The translations under genes were made by a program, and so were the position numbers. Shown one piece after another: positions 37,326 to 49,170 of a DNA stretch of 64,000 bases. Source of the stretch: Callorhinchus milii (taxonomy: Eukaryota); contig NW_024704743.1 in the NCBI RefSeq assembly GCF_018977255.1, positions 24,988,001 through 25,052,000 on the forward strand. The letters run 5' to 3'. Position 1 is the stretch's first letter. Each line of letters begins with the position of its first letter. The notes under the pieces were generated by a model that was not told the DNA's origin, searched no databases, and worked only from the letters and a program-made list of their open reading frames with translations.

Positions 37326-39530
37326 TTTATATATTTGTATTTAAATGTGCAAGCACAAATCTACAAACCTTGTGTGCTGTGAAACTGTGATGTACTGCAA
37401 TGGCACTGATTCAAGTTTAGAGCAGCTCCATATGAACAAGGTTCTTGCACTTCCGTGGACTTGGCAATGGTGGACAGTTTGTTTGGGAGATAGTAGCTCA
37501 AAGGTGCAAGAAGGCAGAATTAATGAAAATCATTGAGGATTGTGGTAGATTGGATTGGCAGACCAAACCTGATGTGTTGATTGAAAAGAGCAGTTGCATT
37601 AACTTGCATTTACACTCACAGTGCATTTCAAGTAAAAGAACTTATGAAATACTAGATAAATATAGCGGTGGACACAGATCGGGCAATTAATAATATAACA
37701 ATAATACTTGCATTTCATAATAACGTCAAAATGACTCCATCCACTTCACAGATTCTTTCTGTAAAACTTACTGACTGTATTTGGAAGCAAATGCAATTTG
37801 CACAAAGCAGTTTCCTGCAAATCATGAAGGGAATGACCATTTTTTATATGGGGGGTTGTTGGCTCGGACACCAAGAGATTAATGTCAAATAGTGCCATAG
37901 TCTTCAATGCCTGCATGAACAAGACAGTTGGAATCTCAGTTTAATGACTCATTCAAAAGATGCACCTATGCTAATTCAGCACTATGCCCTACACTGTATT
38001 CAAGTGTCACTTTAGAATATAAAGTACCAGTATGGTGTTTGAACATAAGCAAACTGAGTTCATGTGATTTCACACCATCCTACTACTTGATGCAGGAGCT
38101 TGCAAAAGCTAGTCTGGTCTTTTTGCTAGGTACATTGACCAGTACATTGACTAGTATTTTGCAGAAATTTCCTACTTTAGTTCAACCTAGGCAAAACATT
38201 TATACCAATTTTTTCTGAAAAGGGTCAACAAAAGTAAGGGATATAACCAGCTAGAAAATTAATATGGGAATTTGAATGGATACAATTCATCAAAGTTGAT
38301 GCAGTCCTGTTGAAATATACCAACTATCACCTCAGGATGCCTTGGTATATTTCAAACAGCAACCGAATGTTCCAGAAGGTTTGATATGGTTAAAATTAGC
38401 TTTGCTGGATGAGCTGAGGTCAGCTTCTGATTACATTTCATAGTTTCCTGGGGTGATGTTCACTCCTCTGAGATAATGAGTAATCGGGTCCTTGAGCATA
38501 GATGTAAGAACAATGAACCATAGAAAGAAAAGGCTACAGCCTCAGACACCTGCCTATCTCAAGGCTGAGAGACAAGTAGGCTGTGGAAGGCTGCCCAGAA
38601 GTCGTCCATATCTCTGTCTGCAAAGCAGCCCGTGATGGGTGGGGGCTATCTCTGTGACAAGGGGAGGTGGAGTCAGAAACACATGAAATAAAGATGTAAC
38701 TTTGAAATAGTTGAATTTGTGCAGAGGGTCAGTGCGCTTCCCAATGGATTCGATTCTACTGTGTGTGTGTGTGTGAAACTGTAAAGCGCTCTGAGACGCC
38801 ATCCGGCATGGAGGGCGCTATATAAATCCAAGATGTGTATATATACACAATATATATATATATATATGTATGTATAGGGGTGAGGGAATGTATCTCCAGT
38901 AAGAGAGTGACCATTAAAAGTGAAAGACGAGGGGTAGTGGGTAATATGTTTGTTTTTGGTTCTGTTTGCTAGGCAGAGAAGTGGTAACAGTAGTAGTGGT
39001 TGGTCTTTTTGATAACCAGAAGTCAGATTAGGCAGCACGAGTGAGGTGCTGGGCTAAGAGCTGATTGTTTCTGTTGAGTTTGCAGGAGCCACTCTCTGAT
39101 TCTGTGTGATAGTTCTATGATCTCTGCTCAGTATGTTTTATATAGGATTGGTTGTGTCCGAGGGTTTACCAGCGCCAGTCCCTATTAGGTTTTGTTTTAC
39201 AGAATCAGTAGTCCCTGAGGGATTTACAGAGGTTGCTCTCTGCTGTGTGCGTTGAGGTGCATTCTCAGGCTTATTGTTTTGTTTGGAGTAATTTCTGAGT
39301 GCATGCTGTTGTTTCTCAATTATTTGATTCATATATCTGTGTCATTACATGATGTGGACTATTGTGTTATATGGTCATATGATTTTTGAATTTTACTGTT
39401 TGTCTTATATATATTTGATATTAATGGAATAAACACTATACTCTTATCACCGCCTGTCGAATTATTAACAGTCCTGATCACTATAAGCTCATAAAACTAA
39501 CTGCTGATTTATGCTTCTCTTTCTCTTCAG

Positions 39531-39603
39531 ATGATTTTAAACCAGCATCCATAGATACATCATGTGAGGCGATCAGGTCACCATCACTTTGCCACACATC
39601 CCA
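39531..39603 (+). CDS. EAF1: EAF1 exon 2, apparently lacking 22 nt (frameshift as assembled)
   Basis: CAG|(Y)DFKPASIDTSCE-[GELQVGK absent]-gc-DQVTITLPHIP|GTAAGT; 73 nt versus 95 needed for the conserved peptide. Confidence 0.9.
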
Positions 39604-39763
39604 GTAAGTTAGCAGTCTTTGTCATTTTATGTGTTTTTGTAAACTATTTGCATTCTAAATGTAACGTGTTCAGCCAGATTCCATCAACTATTTGACAATT
39701 TCAGACTGTGGGTAACAAAATGCTAGAAAACTAAAATCCAATCTGTTTTTTGTTGCTCACCAG

Positions 39764-39902
39764 GGCTCCACCCCACCAATGACTGTGTTCAAAGGTAAAA
39801 TAAAAGGCCATATCAGAAGGACTGCGTTCTTATCATTAACCATGACACTGGGGAGTTTGTGCTGGAAAAACTAAGTAGCAGTATACAGGTGNAAAAAACC
39901 AG
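39764..39902 (+). CDS. EAF1: EAF1 exon 3, with 2 extra A (39797-39800) and an N at 39892
   Basis: [47 protein letters not shown]+AG|GTGAG; 139 nt versus 137. Confidence 0.9.
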
Positions 39903-40887
39903 GTGAGATTACATAGGTGTGCTAACTGAATCCTTGAATACTTGTTTTATTTTGCTTTTCATTTTACTGCAGTTTGATTCCATGACTCCTCAGTATGAAC
40001 TTTAAAGATTTGAATGGAATTGGCACATCTTCCTATTCAATTTCCATGTTTGTTTCTGCCTCGCAGTTTTTGGATATAGTTAGCAATGAGTCAACTGAGA
40101 TTTCTTTCAACTTCCTCTTTGGTGAGATTTATTCCATCATGGAATATTTTGGTACTTAACAGAGTATCTTGAATTTGTTTGTATTGAACTTTGCCACAGA
40201 TTAGTCCAGGTACTTGTTGAGTAAGATCTTAGGGCTCTCCTGTAATTAAACGCAGAGATTTTAGTCTCATGGATAGGTCTTGTTTGACAGAATGTTTTTA
40301 GGGGACGTTTGATGGTGTAAGTAGACTTTCATTTTGTTTTATATAACCAATCCTTTACTAATGGGTAATGGATATTTAAAGGTATACAGTTTGTTCATGA
40401 CTCCCTCCATTCCGCACAAAATTGATAAATGCAATCTCGTAGTTGGTGAAGAAAGAACAAAAATTCACACTTATGCTGACCAATCCACAATGATTTCTTC
40501 TGTAATGTCTTGTCATCAGCGGTAGAGTTATGAGACAGATCTGGCAAAACTCCTCTACTCCTCTCGCCCTTCATTTGACATCTTGACTCTTGAAAGGACA
40601 AGCTTTGTATTTTGTGAGTGTTGATAGCATTCTCACCTCTGAAGGATGTGGGTTCATCGGTATTTTGAACTTGTATAGCTTAGGCTCCAATGCAGTTTCA
40701 CTCCACTGCAGTAGTGGGGGTGTATTGCATTGTTGGGAGTACTATGATAAGTTGAAACAAGGTCCTGTCTGCTTGGTCAGGTTGATGTTAAAAATTCCTG
40801 GTCATGAGGTAATTGTGTTTGTTTTAGTGTTTGCATGGATGGTGTCTGAACACAGTGTGACATTTCAAAATGACCCAATTCTTTCAG

Positions 40888-41054
40888 AGCTGAAGGAAGC
40901 AGTAAAATTCAGGCTCAGTTTGAGCAGCAGCTGGCCCGAAGATCCCAGCCTTCCTCTCAATTCAGGGCCCCCAATAAGCCTATTGCTGGTCCAAAAACAT
41001 CTCCATCAAAGGACAACCCATCACCTGAGCCCCAACTTGATGACATAAAAAGAG
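40888..41054 (+). CDS. EAF1: EAF1 exon 4
   Basis: CAG|(R)AEGSSKIQAQFEQQ...GPKTSPSKDNPSPEPQLDDIKR+G|GTATGT. Confidence 0.95.
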
Positions 41055-41169
41055 GTATGTATGTATGTCCTATATAAATGTGAGAAACTAGAAAGCAGTG
41101 AGGTTCGGCAAGTCAAGGTTTTGTTTGAATCTAATTTTTGTTGGATGTCTTGTGTTTTGTGGTGATTTT

Positions 41170-41260
41170 ACAAAGTGATAAACCTCCACCATAATGTGGT
41201 TCGCTATAACATGGGATTAATTTATATCGCGATTGGGCTGTGGACCCCAACATTGATATC
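41170..41260. mobile_element. Possible Tc1/pogo (Tigger-like) terminal fragment
   Basis: AAACCTCCACCATAATGTGGTTCGCTATAAC...ATATCGCG resembles Tigger-type subterminal sequence; no partner end found. Confidence 0.3.
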
Positions 41261-41843
41261 TGAAAACCAAGCCCCCTCATCTTTACATTTAAATTCATGT
41301 TAGAGCAATGCAATGCTGCCAACGGCTTTCCACCCACGAATAGAGTGGCATCAACAGTTATGTGATTGATGATTTCATGACCCATAAGCACTGACCGCCA
41401 GCATCTCTTGAGCGCACTTTGGCATAAGGCATTTTATGGACCCACCTATGATGGAACAAAGAAGTGCAGCAAAGAAGATATTGTGCGCTCTTTGCAGCTA
41501 TGTGGGTATTTATGGTGATTGGCATTGAGGTACAGTGCAGACCTTTGAGTGATCACCGTAGTTCTAAATTGCTCACATAGTTGTCTTTTCAAGAATTGAA
41601 ATATACGGACATACACACTTGTTTGCAACAAAAATGTAGTTTCACCCACAAATATACAGTCAGTTTACTTTACAGCATATTCTGTGAAGCACTTTGAGAC
41701 GTCTAGAAGACATGAAAAGCACTATATCAAATGCAAGGATTATTATTATTAGTACATGTTGACTAGTGACCTAAAGAAGATAAATGAGAGCAGTTGACTT
41801 CTGAAATAATTTTTCCCATCTCCTCTCTCTTTCCTTCCCCCAG

Positions 41844-42101
41844 AACTGCGAGCTGAAGTTGACATCATTGAACAGATGAGCAGCAGCAGTAGTAGTTCCT
41901 CGGGTTCAGGAAGTTCCTCTGGCAGTGATGACAGCTCCAGCAGCGATGTGGAAAACGAAGCTCAGCCTTCATCTACGCCGCCACAACTGCAGCCTCAGCC
42001 TCAACCACAACCACAGCATCAGTACCAGCAGTACAGCAACCGAAACTCTGCTTCAAATGGCACAAGCAGACCAGGGAGCATTCAGCTCATGAGCACTCTC
42101 A
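41844..42101 (+). CDS. EAF1: EAF1 exon 5 (Ser/acidic transactivation region)
   Basis: CAG|(E)LRAEVDIIEQMSSSSSSSSGSGSSSGSDD...NGTSRPGSIQLMSTL+A|GTAAGT. Confidence 0.95.
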
Positions 42102-42394
42102 GTAAGTACTCTCTTATTGCTCGAATTACAGTTTGATAAGTTTGTTACCTTTTCTTTAAAATTGAGAAATGTAGGTGAATGGCATCCACCGCTAAGGTTG
42201 AAGAGCGAAAAACACACGAGGTCGAGAAGAATCGGTTTAGGTGAAAATAGATATTGAGATTTCTAGAGACAGCTGCAGCAATGGAGGACATGTGAGAATT
42301 CCATTTGAGATCGGAGGAGAGAGCAAATACTTAGTGAAGCTAGACACATGAAGAAAACTCTTGGAAGAATTTAAGTTAGTTAATTATTCCACCT

Positions 42395-42820
42395 CTCTGC
42401 TCGACAGAAGCTGTACAAGCTGTAGACCATCCAGAACTCTGCAGCCCGTACCCTCTCCGGTAACGGGCTCTGTATGTCCATCACCCTTACCTGTGCACGG
42501 CTCCACTGGCCAAACAATCAAATCCAGGTTCCTGGTCCTCGCCTTCAAGTATTGTGCATTCCTTGGGTGCAATCTGAAGAACATCATTTACATAATGCTC
42601 ACAGACTTTAATCTTGGAATTCTGATACTTTTAAGACTGATGTGACCTTCTAACTCCCTACCAAACTGTCTGCTCTCTCCACTCAGCGAGCTCCGGTCTG
42701 CTTCACGTCCGCTGCCTTGCCTGTCCCAGTATTGGCGGCGGGCCTTCAGCTTCTCTGCCCCACCATCTGGAACTCCATCCCACAGTCCCCTCCCTCACCC
42801 CATCCTTTGTCTCCTTCTAT
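42395..42820 (+). mobile_element. Degraded L2 fragments
   Basis: IQNSAAR, KSRFLVLAFK and GGRAFS-like motifs. Confidence 0.7.
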
Positions 42821-43037
42821 AAGCTTTAGTTGCCTATAATTCAAGAAGCATCCATTGCTTTGTATATATGGTAAAGGATGACTATAATAATCTGATGTGT
42901 TGCAAGGTACACTGAGACATCAAATCAGACAATTTATACTAATTGTAAACTTGCTCACCTACCATTTTTTTAAAGGTCAAAATTTTTAATACAGGATTGT
43001 CCTCTTTGGGGAAAGTAGCTAAACTGGCACCAGTTCT

Positions 43038-43351
43038 GGAGTCCTGTAGCTCAGTAGTTAGAGCACTCGCTTTGCAAGTGAGAGACCTTAGTTCAATTCC
43101 ACGCAGGGCGAAACCATGGGCAAGTTTCCTTACTCCACACGCCTAATAATAATCCCTCCAAAACCAAAAACAATAATAAATTGGTCATTTTTAATCTACG
43201 ACTGTTTGTGGGACATTGCTGTGCACAATTGGCTGCCGCGTTCGCCCACAAATATAGTCAATTCACTTTACAGTGTGTTCTGTGAAGCGCTTTGGGACGT
43301 CCTCCCGACGTGAAAAGCGCTATATCAAATGCAAGGATTATTATTATTATT
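43038..43351 (+). mobile_element. tRNA(Ala-like)-derived Deu-domain SINE, short young variant (tail type A)
   Basis: Full-length; TTTGCAA anticodon-loop relic, L2-type stem-loop, (ATT)n tail. Confidence 0.92.
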
Positions 43352-43394
43352 AAGGTGATATGCTTGGCAATATAATGTCAGAGATAAGTCAACC

Positions 43395-43850
43395 CTCCGT
43401 GGTAGTCTCGATAGTCCAGTTTCTGAACTAAGTGGGTTTGCAGTACTCCAGGGCAAACCTGATGACAGCCCAGTCAGCCTGGCTCATTAGCAGAACATTA
43501 AAGGAACACTGCGGTCAAGCCAAAGCCCTAATGGCTAGGGTGGTCCTAGCTGGTCAAGCAGTGGGAAGCTTCCCAGACAGTGTTTTCAGTGGTAAGCTGT
43601 ACAAGTTTTGCTGGTTAGACTCCCAACAGTACCCCAACGTACACTCTGGGGTCCCCAAGCCTTGGCTCTTACAAACCTGTGCCAAATCCTCTCTGGAATT
43701 GGATAAATGTGGTGCAGCCTTCTGGGGAGTGCACATTCCACCAGACGTGAAGGTAACAGGCACAAAACAGCCTGGTTTGGATACTCTGAAGCATGATGCT
43801 AGATATGGATATGTCAGACACATGGCTGATCAAAAAATGTCATTTTTAAA
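43395..43850. repeat. Unclassified dispersed repeat (same family as 6180-6670)
   Basis: Colinear similarity with 6180-6670. Confidence 0.7.
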
Positions 43851-43962
43851 ATGAGCTAGAATAGTTGCAAATTCTACTATCTAAGAATTGACTTTGTTTT
43901 ATTGGCTTACATATTCGTGAGAACTATTTTTCATTCATAAGGATGTAACACTTGTTTTTCAG

Positions 43963-44009
43963 GAAATGATTTGCAACTGAGTGAATCTGGAAGTGACAGT
44001 GATGATTGA
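43963..44009 (+). CDS. EAF1: EAF1 last coding exon
   Basis: CAG|(R)NDLQLSESGSDSDD*, the conserved EAF1 C-terminus. Confidence 0.96.
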
Positions 44010-44205
44010 AGACTTAAGAAAGTAATTCTTCACTTCCATTATGACTCAATGCGGAGATGGTGTTAAAGTTTGCAGAGAAAATTACCTGAACTACTGGTTT
44101 ATTGCAAAAACTTATTTTATCGTGTGCCCTAATACAGTTTTAATATCAGATGTGGTATCTTAGATAATTATTTAATGCAGTACATTTTGTTATGAAAATA
44201 TATTT

Positions 44206-44211
44206 AATAAA
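44206..44211 (+). terminator. EAF1: Candidate proximal EAF1 polyadenylation signal
   Basis: AATAAA ~200 nt after the stop. Confidence 0.35.
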
Positions 44212-44409
44212 GCTAGATATGCTGGAAATCCACAACAGGTCAATCTGCATCTGAAAAGAAAAATAGCTTGATTTTCAGGCATGACTTTTGCCATGAGTAG
44301 AAAAACTGAGTGACCCTAATATAGGTCACACGATCCCACGATTGATTTGGGTAAAGAAGGTCCTTTGACCCATCTGATCTCACCCTTCCAGGACCACCAC
44401 CCGTCCCAT

Positions 44410-44734
44410 GGAGTCCTGTAGCTCAGTGGTTAGAGCACTCGCTTTGCAAGCGAGAGACCTGAGTTTATTTCCAGGCAGGTCAGGGTGAAACCTTGGGCAA
44501 GTTTCCTTACTCCACACGCCTAATAATAATCCCTCCAAATCCAAAAACAATAATAAATTGGTCATTTTCAATCTACGACTGTTTGTGGGACATTGCTGTG
44601 CGCAATTGGCTACCGCGTTCGCCCACAAATATACAGTCAATTCACTTTACAGTGTGTTCTGTGAAGCGCTTTGGGACGTCCTCCTGACGTGAAAAGCGCT
44701 ATATCAAATGCAAGGATTATTATTATTATTATTA
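44410..44734 (+). mobile_element. tRNA-derived Deu-domain SINE, short young variant (tail type A)
   Basis: Full-length; nearly identical to 9425-9741 and 43038-43351. Confidence 0.92.
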
Positions 44735-45179
44735 CTGGATCTAGCTGCTATTTTTTAAATGAATCCAGTTTCCTGGCCTTTTTTTTTAACTGGCAATCTG
44801 TTCCACTCTTTAATTATCCTTTGCATACTTGTCTGAAATTGCTCTTTACATCTCTAAACCTACGTCCCCTTGTTCTACCGTCTTGTTGCATCCTAAAATA
44901 TTGATAAGAGGGTGGCAATTAAAGGAACAGAAGGGAAATAGAAATCTAGGAGCAAAGGTGGAAAATGAAAGATGACTGAAGTTTGATGATGGGTAGATAT
45001 GAAGACTGAAGGCTTCTGTCAACATTATTATACATCCACAACTAATTAGATTATTTTCCAGAATGAAATCTCAATTCCTTTTGCAGGTTATCTGTAGTAT
45101 CTACCACTTTCTGCACAAAAATTCTAAATCGCCTTTTTCACCCCAATGAGGCACACCCTCACGTGATTCAAAAGACCCT

Positions 45180-45345
45180 TCAAATGTAGGTACCCAATTT
45201 CCAATGCCTCCGTCCACCGTTGTCTCACAACAATGACAAATCCCTCTTGGTCCTTGCTTTCCATCTCACCAGCTTCAGCATCTAGCTACCAAGTCATCCT
45301 TCTCCTCACCTACAGCACGAGATACATTTCCCCCTCCACTGTATA
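45180..45345 (+). mobile_element. Degraded Penelope-like element fragment
   Basis: NDKSLLVLAFHLTSFSI and TARDTFPPP resemble the NKDRVPLVLTYHPTSL...IFPSPP region after the Penelope RT. Confidence 0.5.
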
Positions 45346-47799
45346 TCTTCTAACTTTGCAACTCAACCGTCAAAATTAAAATGTGTGAATTGCGTCTGTT
45401 CACCTATGCTGCTGGGAGAATGCTTATTTTCTGTTTAGTGTAAAACATCAGAATAACATTTAACTGCAAACAGTTACTCACAAGTAGGTTTCCAACTTTA
45501 AAAGGTTTGCATTTTCTCTTTTTAATTGAACTGGAATTTCACACCATCTTACTGTTGTCCCACTTGCTTCTATTTTTGTTAATCCTGCCATTAACAGCAT
45601 TCCACAATTTGCCTCTAATAATAATGTAATTCTATTAAACAATTCTCTACTCTAATGTTTTATTTGCCTTCCAATATAAGATATCCCTTTCCCAGTTCCC
45701 CGTTCATTTCCAATTTAAGGCAATGCCAAAACATAGTCTATTTTTCTCAGTCCAATGCTGGTTAACTTGCTGTACGCTTCCAGTGTTTTTATTTCAGAGT
45801 TTCAGCATTTTCAAGTTTTCTACTTTTATTCCTTCTCAAATATATATCTGTTTTAATGAAACTAGAATCCTTTGTCTTACTTGTGTTTTTGTCAAGTATC
45901 AGAGTTAATTTACTGAAACCTTACCGGCCAAAACATTTTAAATGGACTGAATGGCAAGCTTACATATTCATAGCAGAACTGGCCTCCAGACAAAAATAGA
46001 TTTCAATGCCTCCATTGTGTATGTAGCGTTTACTATACATATTCAATTTATATATCAGCATTGATATCATGCAATGTGTAATTAGAACAATTCTCCAGAG
46101 TTGGTATAAACTTTAAATTGTAGATGTTTGTAAAGTGACTATTTTGTGTTAATTTGGATGTTTTATGATTGCTTATTATACAGTCTTTTATGGATACAAG
46201 GATACTTTTATGTCTCACTGGAATCTGTTGAATTTTTCAGCAATTAAAAATATGCAATGAAGATTTGGAGATAACAAGTTAATACACTGAGTTTTTTTAA
46301 CCCTTCTCCCAATGAAAGTATTTTAGAACCACCTGATCCAAATATGCAAATGCACAATGTGATCGAAATTCATCTTAAAAAGCTCTTAGTGGGAGAACAT
46401 GTTGGGAACAGAATGCTGCATTGACTGAACCTTCTATATCCCTGTTTTTTAAAAATGGCATTTCTTACTGCTTGGGAAGTTCAGTAAAGAGGCTGAGCGT
46501 AATCTGTGTCCAGAAAAACTTTTGGAATTTTCTTCATTTGATTTATGCTGTTTTGGAATTTGTGTATAATTTATGTATAAAAATACAGCTGAAGCATTAC
46601 TGTTGTGATTTTTTTTAAAAATATTTTTTATTTCCCCTCAAGTCACGAAGTGCCATTCCCAAGCCTATTTTAGCGGAGGGGGAGGAGGATATCCTTGCTT
46701 TCTGCAGAAGTTGTCACAAAGCTTAGTGTGACTCACTTATTTTTGTCATTCCCCTTGGTGCCTCCATGAGTGACTCAATAATTTGAAGAATATATATAAT
46801 CATTGTATGTACCCAAAAAAAAATGTCATTTCTCAGTTGTAATGGTCATATCCAATAATTATTTCCTGCTTTTTGCGTCTTTAAAAACGTTAACAACTGA
46901 ATCCTGAAATAGTAATATGCGACCGGATGGCTGATGGGACATCCTCTCGGCGTGAAAGGCGCTATATAAATGTTATTTTGTTGTTGCTGAACCTGAATCT
47001 ATGAATGATTTAAAAAATTAAATACATGAACTAGAAACAGGATTAAACAGTAAGCAAAGGGTGGGATCAAAGTAAGAGGCTTTAGGGGAGACCAATAACC
47101 TGCAGAGAAATGCTGGGCTGAATGGTCCCTTTCTGTGCGGAAAGCATTCTATTCCATCAAGATTGACGTTACATGATTGTTTACAGATAGTGACGGGATC
47201 ACTTTGTCGAATCAGCCTTTTAAAAAAAAATTATAATGTAAAGTTTTAAACAGAGAATAGCACATCCCTAATGGTGTGTATTTAGAATTTTCAGCTGCTG
47301 GTGGACCTGTTATGTTAATATAATATTAATTATTGGGGATAAATGAATTCAGTAAAGTCATAATCATTGCATTTGATGTAGTGTGTTATCCACTAGGGGA
47401 TGGGGAGCCAGTAAAGCCAAGCAAAGATGGGAATGTTGGGCTCATGGAACCTGGAATATTACACCCACAAAATACAGTCACTACACTTTACAGTATATTT
47501 TTTCTGCAAAGCGCTTTGAGACCTCAGTGACGTGATGAGTCGCTATATCAAATGCAAGGATTATTATTATAGAATAGGACAGGTTCTGCAGCTTATGTAG
47601 AGCAGCGGAGTCCATCGAGCAAGTTGTTGGAATAGTGAAGCCTGGCTGGTCAACCATGTCAAAGGCCTCAAAGGGATTGGGGAGGATAAAGGCAGAAAGA
47701 GCCCTCGTCAGGCAGAGAGAATTGGTTTTGAGATTTTGCCTCGGGCTTTCTCAGTTCTGTAGACGGAAGGGAAGCAAAAGGGACTCCCCTACACGCATA

Positions 47800-48230
47800 G
47801 CCGTCCATGCTAAACTCCGTACCCCCATCAGACCAGTTCTAGCCAGGATCCACTGGTTATCGCTGAACTGATCAATTTCAAGATACTCACACTCGTTTTC
47901 AAATCCATTTATGCCCTGGCACCTCCCTACCTCTCCGACCTGCTTACCCCACAACTCGCTGCCTCCGCTCGACTGGCTCCGGTCTTCTGCCCTCTGTTCC
48001 ACCATTGGTGGCCGGGCTTTCAGCCACTCCAAAACTCTGGAACACTCTTGCTCTATCCTTCCACCTTGCCCCTTCGTTCCCCATCTTCAGCTTGCGCCTG
48101 AAGACATTCCTATTCAACCGTGCCTTTGGTCACCTCCACCCGGCTTGGGGTCGTGCTCTGCTACTGTCAAGCGCTCTGGGACGCTATCTTGCGTGAGAGG
48201 AGCTATGTAAATGTAAATAAAAAGTTGTGT
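47800..48230 (+). mobile_element. L2 LINE 3' fragment
   Basis: LRTPIRPVLARIHWL, IGGRAFS, LRLKTFLFNRAF. Confidence 0.85.
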
Positions 48231-48354
48231 CTGGAATGAATGGAGGAACAAATGGAGCTGGGAGTTGATGACTTCTTCCAGCACTTTGGGGAGGAAGGGA
48301 AATTGGAGTTGGGATAGTAATGGGAGAGTTGGGGAATTTTGTTTGAGAAAGATG

Positions 48355-49170
48355 TAACAACAACAAATTACATTTGTATAGTGTCTTTCACATCAAGAGG
48401 ACGTCACAAGGTGCTGGACAGCCAGGGATCCGCACCTGAGCTGGTGGTTGGGATCAAGAGGGGTGGAAGGAGGGGTAGGAGCGTGATCGAAGACAAGGTC
48501 TAAGAGGAGAGTCTTGAGATGGATTTTGAAGGAGGCAAGGGAGGGGACGAGGTGGAGGGATTGTGAGATGGAATTCCAGAGGGTGGGAGCAGAGAGACTG
48601 AAGGCCAACACGACAATGGTGGGGCAGGTGAGGTGGGGGATGGGAAGCAGGCCGGAGCCCACTGAGCGGAGGGAGCGGGCAGGTTGGTAGGGAGTTAGGA
48701 GGTCACAGAGGAGTAGCAAGGCCGTGAAGGGCTTTGAAGGTGAGGACCTGAATCTTGAGCTGTATCCTCTGAGTGATGGGAAACCAGTGGAGTTGGGCAA
48801 GGATAGGGGTGATGGGACTGCAGAGCCTGGTGCAGGAGAGGACATGAGCTGCGGAGTTCTGGATGATCTGCAGCCTGTGAATGGAGGAGTTGAGGAGTAA
48901 CGATAGCTTTGAAAAAGAGGGGTACTGTGCCAGAGAAAAGGGAGAGGTTGATGATGTCAGCTAACGGTAATGAGAAGCTGCAACTGGGTGAACAAGAGCT
49001 GTGTGGCAATGGGGTAAACTGAGTAAGTGGTTGGTTTCATAAGAAAAGAGAGGAAAGAAGGAGAGATGGTATCAACAATATGTAAGGAGGGAACTGTACG
49101 ATCAGTGGAGAGAGGATTGGAAGCACCTGAATCAATCCTGTCAATTTTGGATACTAGGAAGTCCACGGCT
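48355..49170 (-). mobile_element. L2 LINE, internally deleted
   Basis: LADIINLSLFSGTVPLFFKAIVTP joined to C-terminal FKIHLKTLLLD; (CAA)n tail. Confidence 0.85.

Noticed and set aside
43038..43110. tRNA-Ala-like gene (also at 15842, 44410, 53517 and others)
   Set aside because: These are SINE heads: they continue into a shared body and L2-like tail and lack a proper acceptor stem.
43458..43490. CTGATGA as a hammerhead ribozyme core (also ~31896)
   Set aside because: No correctly placed GAAA after a stem II, and no flanking stems found.
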